Assembly: GCA_963784995.1 (NCBI GenBank) | Contig: CAWATZ010000006.1 | Location: 264,853 to 328,852, forward strand | From: an uncultured Planctomycetota bacterium | GTDB lineage: Bacteria > Planctomycetota > Planctomycetia > Gemmatales > Gemmataceae | Direction: 5' to 3' | Length of the DNA: 64,000 nt | Part shown: one piece after another, positions 18,518 through 29,409 of the stretch | Layout of the letters: each line of letters opens with the position of its first letter | Position numbering within the stretch: the first letter of the stretch is position 1 | The notes under the pieces: generated by a model | Seen by the model: only the letters and a program-made list of their open reading frames with translations | Databases searched by the model: none | Told to the model about the DNA's origin: nothing | Position numbers and translations under genes: made by a program

Positions 18518-19825
18518 TTACCGAATCACCTTCCGGCTGAAGGCGACGATGAACAGGCCCCAGAGCAGGGTGCCCAGCAGCGATTCCACGATCAGCGGCA
18601 CGTTCATCCAGTCCTTGGCCATGTCGCTGACGCTGCTCAATCCCGACGTGAACACCGCCACGCTCTTGAACAGCCCGATCAGGATGCGGTTGTTCAGCTG
18701 CGTCTTCTCCGGGCCAAAGGGCAGCTTGTCCGGCTCGATCGTGAAGCAATCGATGCCCACGGCATAAATCGCGGCGAACACGACAATGATCAGCACGGCC
18801 GCCCGCACCGCCCGGAAGGGGTTGGTGCAGTAGCCGCAGCCGTGGTCCAGCAGCAACCAGTCGGCGAACTGGCCCAGCTTGGTCCAGGGACGCAGCCAGG
18901 AACGCCGGCTGCCGCGGCGCTGGTTGACCTTGAAGCGATAGAACGCCCAGTCCTCCTGCTCGTAGCGGTGCAGGTTCTCGAAGACCCGCTTTAAGAATGC
19001 GTACTCGTGCATCGCCGTCTCGTAGTCGCCCTTCTCCTCGCTGGCCAGCCGGCCCTGGATTTGCTCCGGATTGATGCGCAGCCGATCGCCGATGACGTTG
19101 CTGAAGGCGAACTGCTGCTTCGGCCCCTGCTGGATCGACTCCAGGTAGGTGTAGTCGTTCAGCTTGGCCTTGCTCAGATCGAGCAAGCCCTCGAAGCGCG
19201 AGGTGGTGAAGTCCAGCTTCTTGGCCACCGCCGAGCCGCGCATCAGGAAGTGGCCGTTGAAGACGCACCCCTGCAGTACGAAGCCCTCCTCGGCGTGGAA
19301 ACTGCGGAAGTCCACGTCGATCAGGAACCGGCAATCCTTGAAGTCCACCCAGCCCTCGAAGCGCGTCTCCCACAGCCGGACCGTTCCCTCAAAGGTCGAG
19401 GCGCCAACGACGAACTTGCCCTTGCAGGTCGCGTTCTCCAGGTTGAAGCCCTCCTTGACCTTGAAGCGATAAAACTGCGCCCGGATCAGCGTCGAGCCGG
19501 ACAGGATGAGCCCCTTGCGGAACTCATTGTCCTTGTTGGACTCCGGCCGCTCGATCGTGCAGGCGGTCATCTTGACTTCGTCCTGGAAGATGACGCCGTC
19601 AAACCGAGGCCGAACCAGGATACAGTGCCGCAGGCGAACTGGGGCGGTGAACTCGCCCCGGAAGACCAGCCGCTCCACGCGAACGTTCTCCAGCGTCTCG
19701 CCCTTGCGGAGGCGTTCCAGCGCCTCCTTGGCCGACATTTCGGTCCGCGCAGCGCCCTCCGGGGCTTCCGGCTGCAGAGTCGTTGTTCCCTCGAAATCGT
19801 CGCTGTCCGATTCGGGCAAGCTCAT
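18518..19825 (-). CDS. Pentapeptide-repeat protein fused to a C-terminal two-TM ion-channel-like domain
   Basis: Tandem A(D/N)LxX-type pentapeptide repeats. C-terminal hydrophobic helices with a pore-like segment. Confidence 0.65.
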   Translation of the reverse strand: MSLPESDSDDFEGTTTLQPEAPEGAARTEMSAKEALERLRKGETLENVRVERLVFRGEFTAPVRLRHCILVRPRFDGVIFQDEVKMTACTIERPESNKDNEFRKGLILSGSTLIRAQFYRFKVKEGFNLENATCKGKFVVGASTFEGTVRLWETRFEGWVDFKDCRFLIDVDFRSFHAEEGFVLQGCVFNGHFLMRGSAVAKKLDFTTSRFEGLLDLSKAKLNDYTYLESIQQGPKQQFAFSNVIGDRLRINPEQIQGRLASEEKGDYETAMHEYAFLKRVFENLHRYEQEDWAFYRFKVNQRRGSRRSWLRPWTKLGQFADWLLLDHGCGYCTNPFRAVRAAVLIIVVFAAIYAVGIDCFTIEPDKLPFGPEKTQLNNRILIGLFKSVAVFTSGLSSVSDMAKDWMNVPLIVESLLGTLLWGLFIVAFSRKVIR

Positions 19826-19834
19826 GCTGTCTCC

Positions 19835-20837
19835 TTAAAGGATGGCGGACACCCGGGGAAAGATCGTCCGGGCTTCCTCGACAAGGTTCGGGTAACAGCC
19901 CGCATAGCGGGGGCCGAAGTGCATCAGGATCAACTTCTCCACCCGTGCTGCCTTGGCGAACTCGGCCGCGTGGGTCGCCGTCATGTGCCGATGCTGGGCG
20001 GCCTGCTTGGCCTGGGCCTGGGCATAGTAGCTGTCACAGTAGAGCCGCTGGGCCTTCTGGGCCAGGCGGAGCAGACCCGGCTTGACCGCCTCGCTCCAGG
20101 CCGTGTCGGTCACGAAGGCGGTCCGGGCCCCCTTGTGCTGCACGAAATAGTTCTCGGCCAGCACACCCAGCGGGAAGCGGCCGCCGCCGATCTCCAGGAC
20201 CGTGTCTGGCGGCGCATCCTCTCGGAGCAACCGCAGCGCCTCGCTCACCCATTTGCCCGGCCGCAGGTCGCCCTTTTCCAGCCGTTCACCGTCCGGATGC
20301 CAGCCGCCGCGCTCCACCAAAGCATACGCCAGACAGGGAACCGTGTGGTCGCTCGGGGCCGTTTCCACGGTCAGGTCGGCGCTCTCGTAGATCGTCGGAC
20401 CATTCCAGGCCATCTCGGTCACCTCGGGCACCGGGAATTTGCGGCTGCACTCCAGCAAGGCCCACCGCTGCCGATCCGGCGGCAGGACCTCGTGGATCCG
20501 GAAGACGATCTTCTGGAACGGAAAATGCTGGATCTCATAGCTCTTGATCCGCTGATAAATCCGCTCGATGGTCCCGGGAGGTCCGAAAATGTGGAGGGTC
20601 TTGTCCTTGTCAAGGTTCGCGCAGGATGCGGTCGAAGCCGACGAAGTGATCGATGTGGTGATGCGTCAGGAACAGCGCCTGGAGGTCGCCGAGGCGCTGC
20701 GGATCGAGCCGACCGTTCTCGCCGGCGTCGAACAGGAAGGCATCGTCCTTGCCGGGGTAATCGATGAACAGGACCGGATCGCCCGTGGAGCCATTGACCA
20801 GACGGATTTCGGAAATGACGTGAGCCGGGCGGGCCAT
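19835..20837 (-). CDS. MBL-fold metallo-hydrolase (RNase Z-like); 1-nt frameshift near 20605 separates the HxHxDH N-terminus from the C-terminal part
   Basis: N-term ...LFLTHHHIDHFVGFDRILREP; the +1 frame continues ...DKDKTLHIFGPPGTIERIYQRIKSYEIQHFPFQ... into ORF 19835..20458. Confidence 0.55.
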
Positions 20838-20939
20838 GAGGCGATTCTCCAGCAGCGCAGGAGGGACGAGCCTGCTTTTGATTGTAGGAAGGCGTCCCGT
20901 TGGTATCAGAGTATTCGATTGACGGCTCCTCTCCTTTGA

Positions 20940-21012
20940 AAGTAGGGTGGGCCGAGCGCAGCGAGGCCCACCGCTTGGCGTGGTGGGCCTCGCTGCGCTC
21001 GGCCCACCCTAC
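20940..21012. repeat. Perfect 32-bp-arm inverted repeat (7-nt loop) overlapping the MFS stop codon; CGCTGCGCTC palindrome family
   Basis: AGTAGGGTGGGCCGAGCGCAGCGAGGCCCACC gcttggc GTGGGCCTCGCTGCGCTCGGCCCACCCTACT. Confidence 0.65.
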
Positions 21013-22419
21013 TCCCCCTGCTCCGCGGGAAAGCGCACGGCCAGCGCCAGCAGCAGCCCCCCAATGACCAGGCTGCCCGCCCCCTGGATCACCAGCACCA
21101 CGGGCGCGCCCCACAGGTCGGCCCAGCGGCCGGCGACCAGCGAGCCCAGCTGCTGGGCGCCGCTGAGCACCATCGACCAGATGCCCATGATCACGCCGCG
21201 GTTGTGGTGCCGGGCCGACAACTGCATCAGCGACTGCCCGGTGGCGAACACCAGCACCAGGCCGCTTCCGACCAGGACGCAGCAGCTCTGGGCCTGGCTC
21301 AGCGTTCGCGACTGGCTCAGTCCCAGTTCGCCCAGCCCCGCCAGGGCCACGCCCACGACCAGAAAGCGCCAGCTCCGCGAGCGGCTCCCCGACGAGGCCA
21401 CCACCAGGGCCGACAGCAAGGCGCCGACGCCAACGGCGCTGAGCAAGAAGCCGTAGTCCGCGGCCCCTCCATCCATCGTCTTGCCGCCGCCGAGGTCCTC
21501 GTGGCTCAGGGCCGGCAGCAGTGTCAGCACCGGCCAGCCAAACAGGGCCAGGAACCCGACCAGGGTCAGCAGCAGGCTGCAAGCCGGGCCGGGAACCCAG
21601 GTAGTGAAAGCCCTCCCGCAGAGGGGCGGCGATCCGCCAGGCGAGGCTACGCGGGCCCTCCAGTCGCTTCGTATAATCCGGAACGGTAATTGATACCGCA
21701 TCAGGCCCAGGCTGGTCCTGCGGTGGCCCCGACAAGGGAGCGTTCAGCGGGGGTAACTCGGGCACCTGCCCGGGTCGGGAAAACCGGGTCCGGTCCATCA
21801 AAGCCAGGGCGATCAGGACGGCGACGTAGCTGACGGCGTTGCTGAGAAAGCACAGGCCCGCTCCCATGGTGGGCAGGGCCAGCGCTCCCAGCGCGGGACC
21901 GAGGGCCCGGGCGGAGTTGAACAGCAGCGAGTTGAGGCCCACGGCGTTGATCAGGTCCTCCGGGCCGACCATGTCATGGACGAACGCCAGCCGGGCCGGC
22001 AGGTCCAGGGCGGTCACCAGGCCGTTGCCCAGCGCCACCAGCAGCAAGTGCCAGGGTTTAACCCAGCCTCCCAGCGTCAGGACGGCCAGGATCAGGGCGA
22101 GGATCAGGAGGATGGCCTGGGAGATGAAGATCACCCACTGCCGCGGCCAGCGGTCGGCCAGGCTGCCGCCCCAGATGCCGAGCAGGAAGGTCGGCAGCAC
22201 CTGGGCCGCCAGCACAGCCCCCGCCCAGAAGGACTTTCCCGTCAGCCGGTAGGCCAGCCAGGTCATGGCCGTGGCCTGCATCCACGTCCCCAAGAGCGAG
22301 ATCAGCTGGCCCAGGAAGTAGAGCCGATAGTTGGAATGCCGCAGGGCGCGAAAGGGACGCCACCACCGGGAGGCCGGCGGACCGGGAGGGGATTCAGGGG
22401 AAGCCGGTGTGTCGGACAC
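21009..22419 (-). CDS. MFS transporter (12-TM, EntS-like); frameshift near 21640
   Basis: N-terminal half is in the 20419..22419 frame, C-terminal half in the 21009..21701 frame. Both halves are MFS-like. Confidence 0.6.
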
Positions 22420-22455
22420 AAGCGGAGGCGAGGCCTCGCTCCGGGGGCGTTTGCT

Positions 22456-23034
22456 TCACTCGCGGTTGGGCCTGACCTTATCGTAAATCAAATCGATCAG
22501 TTGCTCCAGCAATTCCAGATACTCGGTGCCGGAGATGGTGTTGATCTTGCGCACCAGCTCGCGTCGCCTCTCCAGGCGTCTGACAAAGGTTTCGACACCC
22601 ACCGCGACCAGCGGGCCATCGTCTCCCTGGCCGGCCAGCAGTTCCTCGACCTCGCTGGCACTTAGCTTGCGGGCCCGCTCCGAGTTGCGCTCCAGCCAGG
22701 CGAGCAGCTCGGGCTGGCTGGCCTGGTCGTAAAGGCGGCGAAAGGTATCGCTCTGGCTGGTCAGTTCCTGAACCTGCCGGGTCATCCGTGGCAGCAGCCG
22801 TTCCAGCGGTAGGGTGAGCAGATCGTTGACCGACAGTCCCAGGGCCCTGGCGCAGGCACTGACGGTGGCGTTGCGGAGCCGGCGCGTACCGCCCTCGACC
22901 AGGATCTGCCGGACCGTGTGCCGGTTCAGGTCGGCAATCCGGGCAAAGTCTTCCTGGTTCCAGCCGCGCTCCCGGACCAGCCGGGCGATCTTGGAAGCCA
23001 GCTCCACGCTGTCATTCAGCGTTTGTTCGTCCAT
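22456..23034 (-). CDS. XRE-family helix-turn-helix transcriptional regulator
   Basis: N-terminal HTH (...NQEDFARIADLNRHTVRQIL...). Confidence 0.65.
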   Translation of the reverse strand: MDEQTLNDSVELASKIARLVRERGWNQEDFARIADLNRHTVRQILVEGGTRRLRNATVSACARALGLSVNDLLTLPLERLLPRMTRQVQELTSQSDTFRRLYDQASQPELLAWLERNSERARKLSASEVEELLAGQGDDGPLVAVGVETFVRRLERRRELVRKINTISGTEYLELLEQLIDLIYDKVRPNRE

Positions 23035-23126
23035 GCAGCGATCCTACTCGCCGAACGTGGGTGGGAAAAGGCCTGTTGGCGTGACGCCGTTGAGGTCCCA
23101 GGGCTGCCGCCAATGCACCCAGGGCG

Positions 23127-24062
23127 TCAACCCTGCTCGGTCCCTCGCGGATGGAAGCGCTGGTGAATGGCCTTGAGCCGGTCGCGGTCCACGTGGGTGT
23201 AGCGCTGGGTGGTCTGGATGCTGCTGTGGCCGAGCAGCTCCTGGACGGTGCGCAGGTCGGCGCCGCCGGCCAGCAGGTGCGTGGCGAAGCTGTGTCGCAG
23301 CGTGTGCGGACTGACGCGGGCGTTCAGGCCGGTGCGGCGGACGTACTTCTTGACCACCACCCAGAGCATCTCGCGCGTCAGTTGCCGGCCGCCCCGGCTG
23401 ACGAAGACCCATTCCGTCTCGGGTGCGGTCTGGACCAGCGAGGGCCGTTGCTGTTCCAGGTAGGTGCGCAGGGCGTGGATGGCGGGCTTACCGATCGGCA
23501 CGATGCGCTGCTTGCTGCCCTTGCCGAAGCATTTGAGGAAGGACGAGTCCAGATGCAGGTCGGTCAGCTTGAGCCCGACCACCTCCGAGGCCCGCGCGCC
23601 GGTGGCGTACAGCGTCTCCAGGATGGCCCGGTCGCGCAGGTAAAAGCGATCCTGCGACAGGGGGGCTTCCAGCAGCCGGGTCACCGCCTCCGGGCTGAGC
23701 ACCTGCGGAATGCGGGCCCACAGGCTCGGGGAGCTGAGCAGATCGACCGTGCCGGTGGTGGTGCGCTCCTCCAGGCGCAGGAAGCGGTAGAACATCTTGA
23801 GCGAGACCAGGTGCCGGGCCTGGCTGGCCGGCGCCAGCCCTTCGGTGCGGAGGAACTCGACGTAGTCGGTCAGCTCGCGGAGGTTGGGCAGCAGGTAATT
23901 GGCAACGCCGCCGCCGGCCACCCAGTGGAGGAACCGATCCAGGTCGCGCGTGTAGGCCAGGTAGGTGTTGTTCGCCAGGCCGCGCTCGCCCTGGACGTAG
24001 TGGCGAAAGGCCTGGATGTCGTCGTTGAGAGCGGTAAAGCGGGCGGTCTCGTCGGTGGGCAT
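23127..24062 (-). CDS. xerD: Tyrosine recombinase XerC/XerD family
   Basis: Full catalytic domain ...ARASEVVGLKLTDL...GKGSKQRIVP...HTLRHSFATHLLAGGADLRTVQELLGHSSIQTTQRYTHV. Confidence 0.85.
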   Translation of the reverse strand: MPTDETARFTALNDDIQAFRHYVQGERGLANNTYLAYTRDLDRFLHWVAGGGVANYLLPNLRELTDYVEFLRTEGLAPASQARHLVSLKMFYRFLRLEERTTTGTVDLLSSPSLWARIPQVLSPEAVTRLLEAPLSQDRFYLRDRAILETLYATGARASEVVGLKLTDLHLDSSFLKCFGKGSKQRIVPIGKPAIHALRTYLEQQRPSLVQTAPETEWVFVSRGGRQLTREMLWVVVKKYVRRTGLNARVSPHTLRHSFATHLLAGGADLRTVQELLGHSSIQTTQRYTHVDRDRLKAIHQRFHPRGTEQG

Positions 24063-24080
24063 GGGGCCTCCCGCATCATG

Positions 24081-24176
24081 CTCCCCTCTCCCCTTGTGGG
24101 AGAGGGGTTGGGGGTGAGGGGCTTTTTCCGATTTATCGTTTCGCGCTCGCTAACCCAGCGCGAAACGATAAATCAA
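24081..24176. repeat. REP-like composite palindromic element copy 1: CCCCTCTCCCC-N4-GGGAGAGGGG hairpin, TTGGGGGTGAGGGG, and GATTTATCGTTTCGCGCT-loop-AGCGCGAAACGATAAATC hairpin
   Basis: Same composite element recurs at 44741-44890 and 60010-60106. Confidence 0.7.
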
Positions 24177-24302
24177 CAGCCTTTCCCTTGTTATCGGACG
24201 CCCGCCCGAAAAACAATCAGCCCGCAGCGCTCCCGGGGCGAACTCCGCGCTCCCGGACAGCGTTGCGGGCTGATTGTAGCAATCCGACGCCCTGGCCTGC
24301 GC

Positions 24303-25349
24303 TCACTTCTCCGGCTTGGCAGCCGGCAGGAAGGTCTTGTCGCTGGTCTCGACGCTGCTTTTCTGGGTCTGGGTCAGGGTGACCTTGGTGGTCTGGCCGC
24401 CGATCTCGATGTCCAGGTCGCCGGACAGGTCCAGGTCCATGTTCGACCTCTCGATCCAGCCCTTGTCGGGATTGAACAGGATCGTGCCGCTGGCCTTGCT
24501 GCTCTTGAGGTTGGCGTTCTTGATCTTGAACGGCAGGCCCCCGGTGCCGCCGCCGGCACCCTCGGCCTTGGGCTCGCTGTACTTCAGCGTGGACTCGACC
24601 GTGATCTTGGCCAGCTTGTTATCCATGCCGACGTATTTGTAGGTGTACGAGTTGTCGTACTTGCCGATGGGGCCCATGTCGAGGGTGCTTTTGCGTTCCC
24701 AGGTGTCGTCTTTCTTCACTTCCTTGTTGGGGATGGCGCCGAAGGTGGGCTCGGCCATCTCGATCAGGGCCTTCTTGCTGAGGATCTGCTCCAGCAGCGG
24801 CTTCATCTGCGGGTTGGCCTTGACCAGCTTGGCGAGGAACTCTTCCCGGCCCTCGACCTCGGTCACCTCGTAGGGCTTACCCGCCTTGGCCTTGAGGGTG
24901 ATCTTGAATTCGGAGTCCTTCAGGGCGTTGAAGAACTCGGCCAGCGGGTTGCTGCCCGCTTCTTTCTTGGTCGAATCGTAAGAGATCTTCTGCGCGCCGA
25001 TGTCGATGTCCATGGCCACGCCTTCGATCTTCTGGACGATGATCCAGGTATCGTCTGTCTGCTTGGTCGGCGTCCAGCTGAAGTAGAAGGTCTGGCTCTG
25101 GTTCTGTTTGACGTCCTGGTTCTGGACCTTCATGGACTGCTCGGTCTTGGTGACCATCTTCTGATAGAACGGCGTATTGGCTTTGAACGTCCACTTGAGG
25201 AGGACCTTCTCATCGCCCTTCTTCTCGTCCGGCTTCTTGTCTTCTTTCTTCGTGTCCGGCTTCTTGTCGTCCGGCTTCTTCTCCTGTCCGATTGTGGGCA
25301 GCACGCCCACGCCAAGGATCAGGGCCATGACCAGCAAACGACGCAACAT
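24303..25349 (-). CDS. Secreted hypothetical protein with K/E/D-rich N-terminal linker
   Basis: Signal peptide MLRRLLVMALILGVGVL. Lower-GC, coding-like. Confidence 0.6.
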   Translation of the reverse strand: MLRRLLVMALILGVGVLPTIGQEKKPDDKKPDTKKEDKKPDEKKGDEKVLLKWTFKANTPFYQKMVTKTEQSMKVQNQDVKQNQSQTFYFSWTPTKQTDDTWIIVQKIEGVAMDIDIGAQKISYDSTKKEAGSNPLAEFFNALKDSEFKITLKAKAGKPYEVTEVEGREEFLAKLVKANPQMKPLLEQILSKKALIEMAEPTFGAIPNKEVKKDDTWERKSTLDMGPIGKYDNSYTYKYVGMDNKLAKITVESTLKYSEPKAEGAGGGTGGLPFKIKNANLKSSKASGTILFNPDKGWIERSNMDLDLSGDLDIEIGGQTTKVTLTQTQKSSVETSDKTFLPAAKPEK

Positions 25350-25506
25350 GGAAATTCGAGCCTCCTGAAACGAGGGATTCTGGCAATCCTGGACCCAAAG
25401 CTGACGTAACCCTTCCTTTTTACCGATTTCGGCCAGAGAAACAAGACAGACCGGCAAAATTCAGTTGACGGGGCGCTGCCGGCCCGCCTAGACAAGCCCG
25501 GAGCAT

Positions 25507-25568
25507 CGTGGCCGCAGGCGGCTCGCCTGCGTGCCGGACGGCCAGCAGGCGAGCCGCCTGCGGCCACG
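25507..25568. promoter_or_regulatory. Perfect 24-bp-arm hairpin in the divergent promoter / 5'-leader region upstream of the nagB-like gene
   Basis: CGTGGCCGCAGGCGGCTCGCCTGC ... GCAGGCGAGCCGCCTGCGGCCACG, followed by AAGGAG and GTG at 25591. Confidence 0.4.
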
Positions 25569-25590
25569 ACAACGAACGAAGGAGACGCAC

Positions 25591-26541
25591 GTGGACCTGA
25601 TCAGCACCCTTTCCGGCTCGATGATGGAAGGTTTCCTGCCCCGGGGCTGGGACCTGAAGCGAATGGACCAGCTGGCCGAGCAAGGCCCGGAGCAGGTCAC
25701 GAAACGGCAAGGCTGGTGGCACCCCCAGTTCGAGCCGGTGCCCTGTGCCACCGTCGAGGACTTCGACACCTTCATGGGTCACGAGATCGCCCGGGAGATT
25801 CAGCTGGCCCGCCTGTCCGGCCGGACCATTGTCTTCATCCTCCCCGTCGGTCCGATGGGCATGTACCGCTGGACCGTCTTCTTCCTCAAGGAGTGGGGCG
25901 TCTCCTGCGATCACGTCCACGGCTTCAACATGGACGAATGGTCGGACGCCCAGGGCAACACCCTGCCCGGCAACGCCACCGGCTCCTTTCAGCACGCGAT
26001 GGAGCAGGCGTTCTACGGCCCACTCGGCGGGCTGACCGTCCCGGCGAAGCAGCGCCATTTCGCGGTCAAGACGGAACTGCCGGCCTACGCCCAGAAGATC
26101 GGCGAGCTGAAAAAGCAGGGAGCGAAGCTGGTGACGGTGTTCGGCATTGGCCGGGTGTGTCACATTGCCTTCTGGGAGCCGCACTTCGCCTCCGAGTTTG
26201 CCAATGAGGCGGACTGGAAGGCCCAGACACACCGGCTGGGGGCCCGGCTGCACCCGCTGACCATCGAGCAGAACGCCCTGACCAGCTTCCGCAGCCGGAC
26301 CACCCTGGTCCCGGCCTGGGCCAACACCATCGGGCCGGGCCTGTTCCTGGCCGCCGACCGGATCATCGGCGGGGCCGACGGCATCCTGGGCCGGGGCATG
26401 CAGTGGCAAGGGCTGTCGCTGCGCATGACCTTGCAGACAGAGCCGACCCCGTGGATTCCCAGCAGTTTCATGCCCACCCTGGCGGGCCGGCTGTTCTTCC
26501 TGCGCGAACTGGCGGAGCCGTTGCTGGCCGAGTGCCATTAA
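25591..26541 (+). CDS. Glucosamine-6-phosphate deaminase / 6-phosphogluconolactonase family (NagB-like) protein
   Basis: ...[15 protein letters not shown]... resembles the NagB GIGxNGHIAFNEP motif. GTG start 7 nt after AAGGAG. Confidence 0.6.
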   Translation: MDLISTLSGSMMEGFLPRGWDLKRMDQLAEQGPEQVTKRQGWWHPQFEPVPCATVEDFDTFMGHEIAREIQLARLSGRTIVFILPVGPMGMYRWTVFFLKEWGVSCDHVHGFNMDEWSDAQGNTLPGNATGSFQHAMEQAFYGPLGGLTVPAKQRHFAVKTELPAYAQKIGELKKQGAKLVTVFGIGRVCHIAFWEPHFASEFANEADWKAQTHRLGARLHPLTIEQNALTSFRSRTTLVPAWANTIGPGLFLAADRIIGGADGILGRGMQWQGLSLRMTLQTEPTPWIPSSFMPTLAGRLFFLRELAEPLLAECH

Positions 26542-26891
26542 CTGTTGCACTCAACCGGCCCGTTTGATTATGATGCCGCGAAATCGGTTCCTGGAAGGGC
26601 GCCGACAACTGATTACCCGCTGGCCGTTGAAAGGATTCCAATGACCAGGCCGAGGTCTGGCCTGGGAATGGGCGCTCCCCGTTCCCCGGGCTTTGTGCTT
26701 GTCCCCCAACGACCGCAAGAAGCGCCGCTCCGTCTGGGTCTTGCCTCCATTTCGGCAGGGTGTGAGTTCGTCCCCACCTGCTCCGCTGCGCCTTCTGCTT
26801 TCCGGGTCCATCCCCAATCCGGCCGCTCTCTCCGGGCTTCCTTCGGGACCGTCCGGTGTCGGCCGACGTGGGGGATTGACCGCCGTCAAGG

Positions 26892-29332
26892 TTGTTTGTT
26901 GCCGGAAATGCGCAAGATCCGAAATGGAGAAACGGTGATGGGCCCCACACTCTGCCACGACAAGCCGCGAACGCTGACCAGTGCCTGCGCCGCTGGCGGA
27001 AGAACGCCACGCCAGCGGTGTCTCCAGGGCCCGTTCCCCAATCCCGGGCCGTGCTGACCCGGTCCGTATTCGTCGGCCTGTACCTGGCCGTGCTGGCCTG
27101 GTTTGGTCTGGTGGACGTCTACCGCACCAGCTTCTCCGAGGCCAGCCCGCTCTATTACGGCTACTTCCTGGCCCGCATCCTGTACGTGACCTACCTGGGC
27201 TGGTGTCAGTTCTTCCTGGGCAAACAGCTGCTCTCGTTCTGGCAGCGGCGGCAGGCCGGCCTGAAACTGACCGTGCTGGACGAGTACCTGCTCTGTTTCT
27301 ACAGCGGGGGCGCCCTCCTGGCCGGGGTGACCTTTGTTCTGGGGTTCCTCAACCTGTACTGGTACTGGCTCTTTGTCTGCGGCAGTGTCGGGCTGGTGGT
27401 GCTGTCCTCGGCCGAGTTCGTCCGCACAGGCCGGGTCTGGTGGCAGACGGCCCGGACCGCTCTGCTGGATCGGCGGAGCTGGATCCGGCTGGGGGCCACC
27501 TGGCTGGTCTTTGGCTGCATCCTGATCCTGATGGGGGCCCTGGTCGCTTTCAAGGGACTGTACCCGGGAGGGGGCGGCGATTACTACACGCACTACTTCC
27601 CCTACTTCCGTCACGTGCTGCTTTCTCATGGGTTGTGGCCCAACGACGTCTGGTATCATTTTTTCGTCTCCAAGGGGGCCACGATCACCATCACCAGCAT
27701 GCTGCTGACCGACCCCCTCGCTCCCGAGATGGTCACCTACCTCTACTTCCTGGTCGGCACCATGGCCGTCTGGTCGCTGCTGCGCCGCTGGGCCAACAAC
27801 CGCATCATTCCCGGTCTGGGCATGGCGGCTTGCCTGGGGGCCTTGCTCTGGACGCCGAACCGGATGTTTGGTGAATGGGGTCTGTTCCAGAAACATCACG
27901 AGTTCACGGCCAGCTTGCTGCTGTCGCTGGTGTGGCTGGTGGTGGTCTGCCCGGATGCCCGGGGCCCGCGCGGAAGGCGTGGGCGTGCTTCCTGGCCCTG
28001 TTCGTGCTGCACTGTGTGCTGCTGGCGCCGACCGTGTTTCCCCTGGTCTTTGCCCTGCTCGGGCTGGCCGCGCTGCTGGCCGTCCGCAAGCGGATCTGGG
28101 GCCTCTTCGCGGCCTCGGCGGCCGGGCTGGCCTGCGCCACGGCGGTCTGCGCCGGGCTGCTGACGCTCAATTACTGCTGCACCGGGCTGGCCGAGGTCAC
28201 GCCCATGCGCCTGTTCTGGAAATACGCCGACCAGGAACGCTTCAGCAAGTGGGTGAGCCCCTACTTGATGGTGCTGCTCCTGGAAGGTTCCTCGCCCAAC
28301 ATGGGAGACATTCAGCTTGTCGAGCACGAGACGCTGTCGCGGTGGGACTATCTGCGGATGCTGACCCGGATGCACGTGATTCACTCCGTGTTCCCGGACG
28401 CCGCCGAGGAGGTCCCCTGGTGTCTCTTGCTGGTGCTGGGCCTGGTCGCCTTGCAGTTCTGGTCCGGAAAAACAGTCGCCCTCGATCTGGATCGGCCGGG
28501 CGTTCCCATCGTCGGCCTGTTTGCCGCGGCCATCCTCCTCAGTCAGCTGGTGACCCAGCCGGTCTCGGTCTTCCGGTACTTCTCCTTCATGGTCTTCCTG
28601 GTTGTGCTGCTGGGCCTTGGAGTGTGGCTCGTGTTCTTCCATCTCCTCCCCAGCCGGAAACTGGTCTGGCTCACCTCGTACGTGATGCCGGCCCTGCTGA
28701 CCTGCCTGGTCGCCTACCAGAGCATTGTGGCGGTGCCCAACAGGGACCGGCGCGACATGCTGCGCCTGGTCGCGGGGCAGGAGAGCCTGGAGGAGGCCTA
28801 CCGGAAACACGATGTCACCAGCGCTGCTCCCGTCGCGATCCGGGAGGTCGTGGGACGGCAGGCGCGCGTCTACTCGTTCAACGTCAACAATTACTGCATG
28901 ACGCCGGACTGCGAACTGGAGTCGTTTGTGTCGTTCGCTCTGCATCAGGACTGGCACACGGTCCTGTTTGAGCCGGCCGAGCAGGCCCGAGCCGCTCTGC
29001 AGAAGCAGGGACTCAACTATTTCCTGATCGATCTGAACAAGGACGTGATCGACGTTTTGCAGTATTCGCCTTTGTTCCAGCCCGAGAACGTCGGCAAGTA
29101 CCTGGAGGTCCGCTGGCACAGGGGCAGCACCTACCTGCTGACCTGGCCCGGACCTGACACCCAGCCTCTTTCCGAAGAGTTCCTGACGATTTGGGCGCAC
29201 GTGGAGTTCTGGAACCCTTGTGATCTTGGCCCCCTCTATGAGGTGGTTCGCACGATCTACGAGCAGAACAAGGGCAAACCGTTCCCGATTGTCCGTGATC
29301 CCTCCTTGCCGCACCCGATTGGCTGGCAGTGA
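26892..29332 (+). CDS. Large polytopic membrane protein (paralog 1 of 2, ~800 aa; many N-terminal TM helices, GGGGDYYTHYFPYF motif, soluble C-terminal domain); frameshift near 27965, start uncertain
   Basis: Collinear with 31371..33770 across two ORF-track frames (26892..28163 and 27875..29332). Possible GT-C / YfhO-like fold (inference). Confidence 0.5.
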
Positions 29333-29409
29333 GAGGCTGTCCCGGAGGGGGAGGGCCGCACGGCCGGAATGGGTGAATCATCCCTGGCCGCACTCTGCCC
29401 CGCTCTTCC

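Noticed and set aside
23127-24062. xerD-like gene as the displaced catalytic half of intI
   Set aside because: It is a complete, independent XerC/D-type recombinase with its own N-domain, on the opposite strand 5 kb away.
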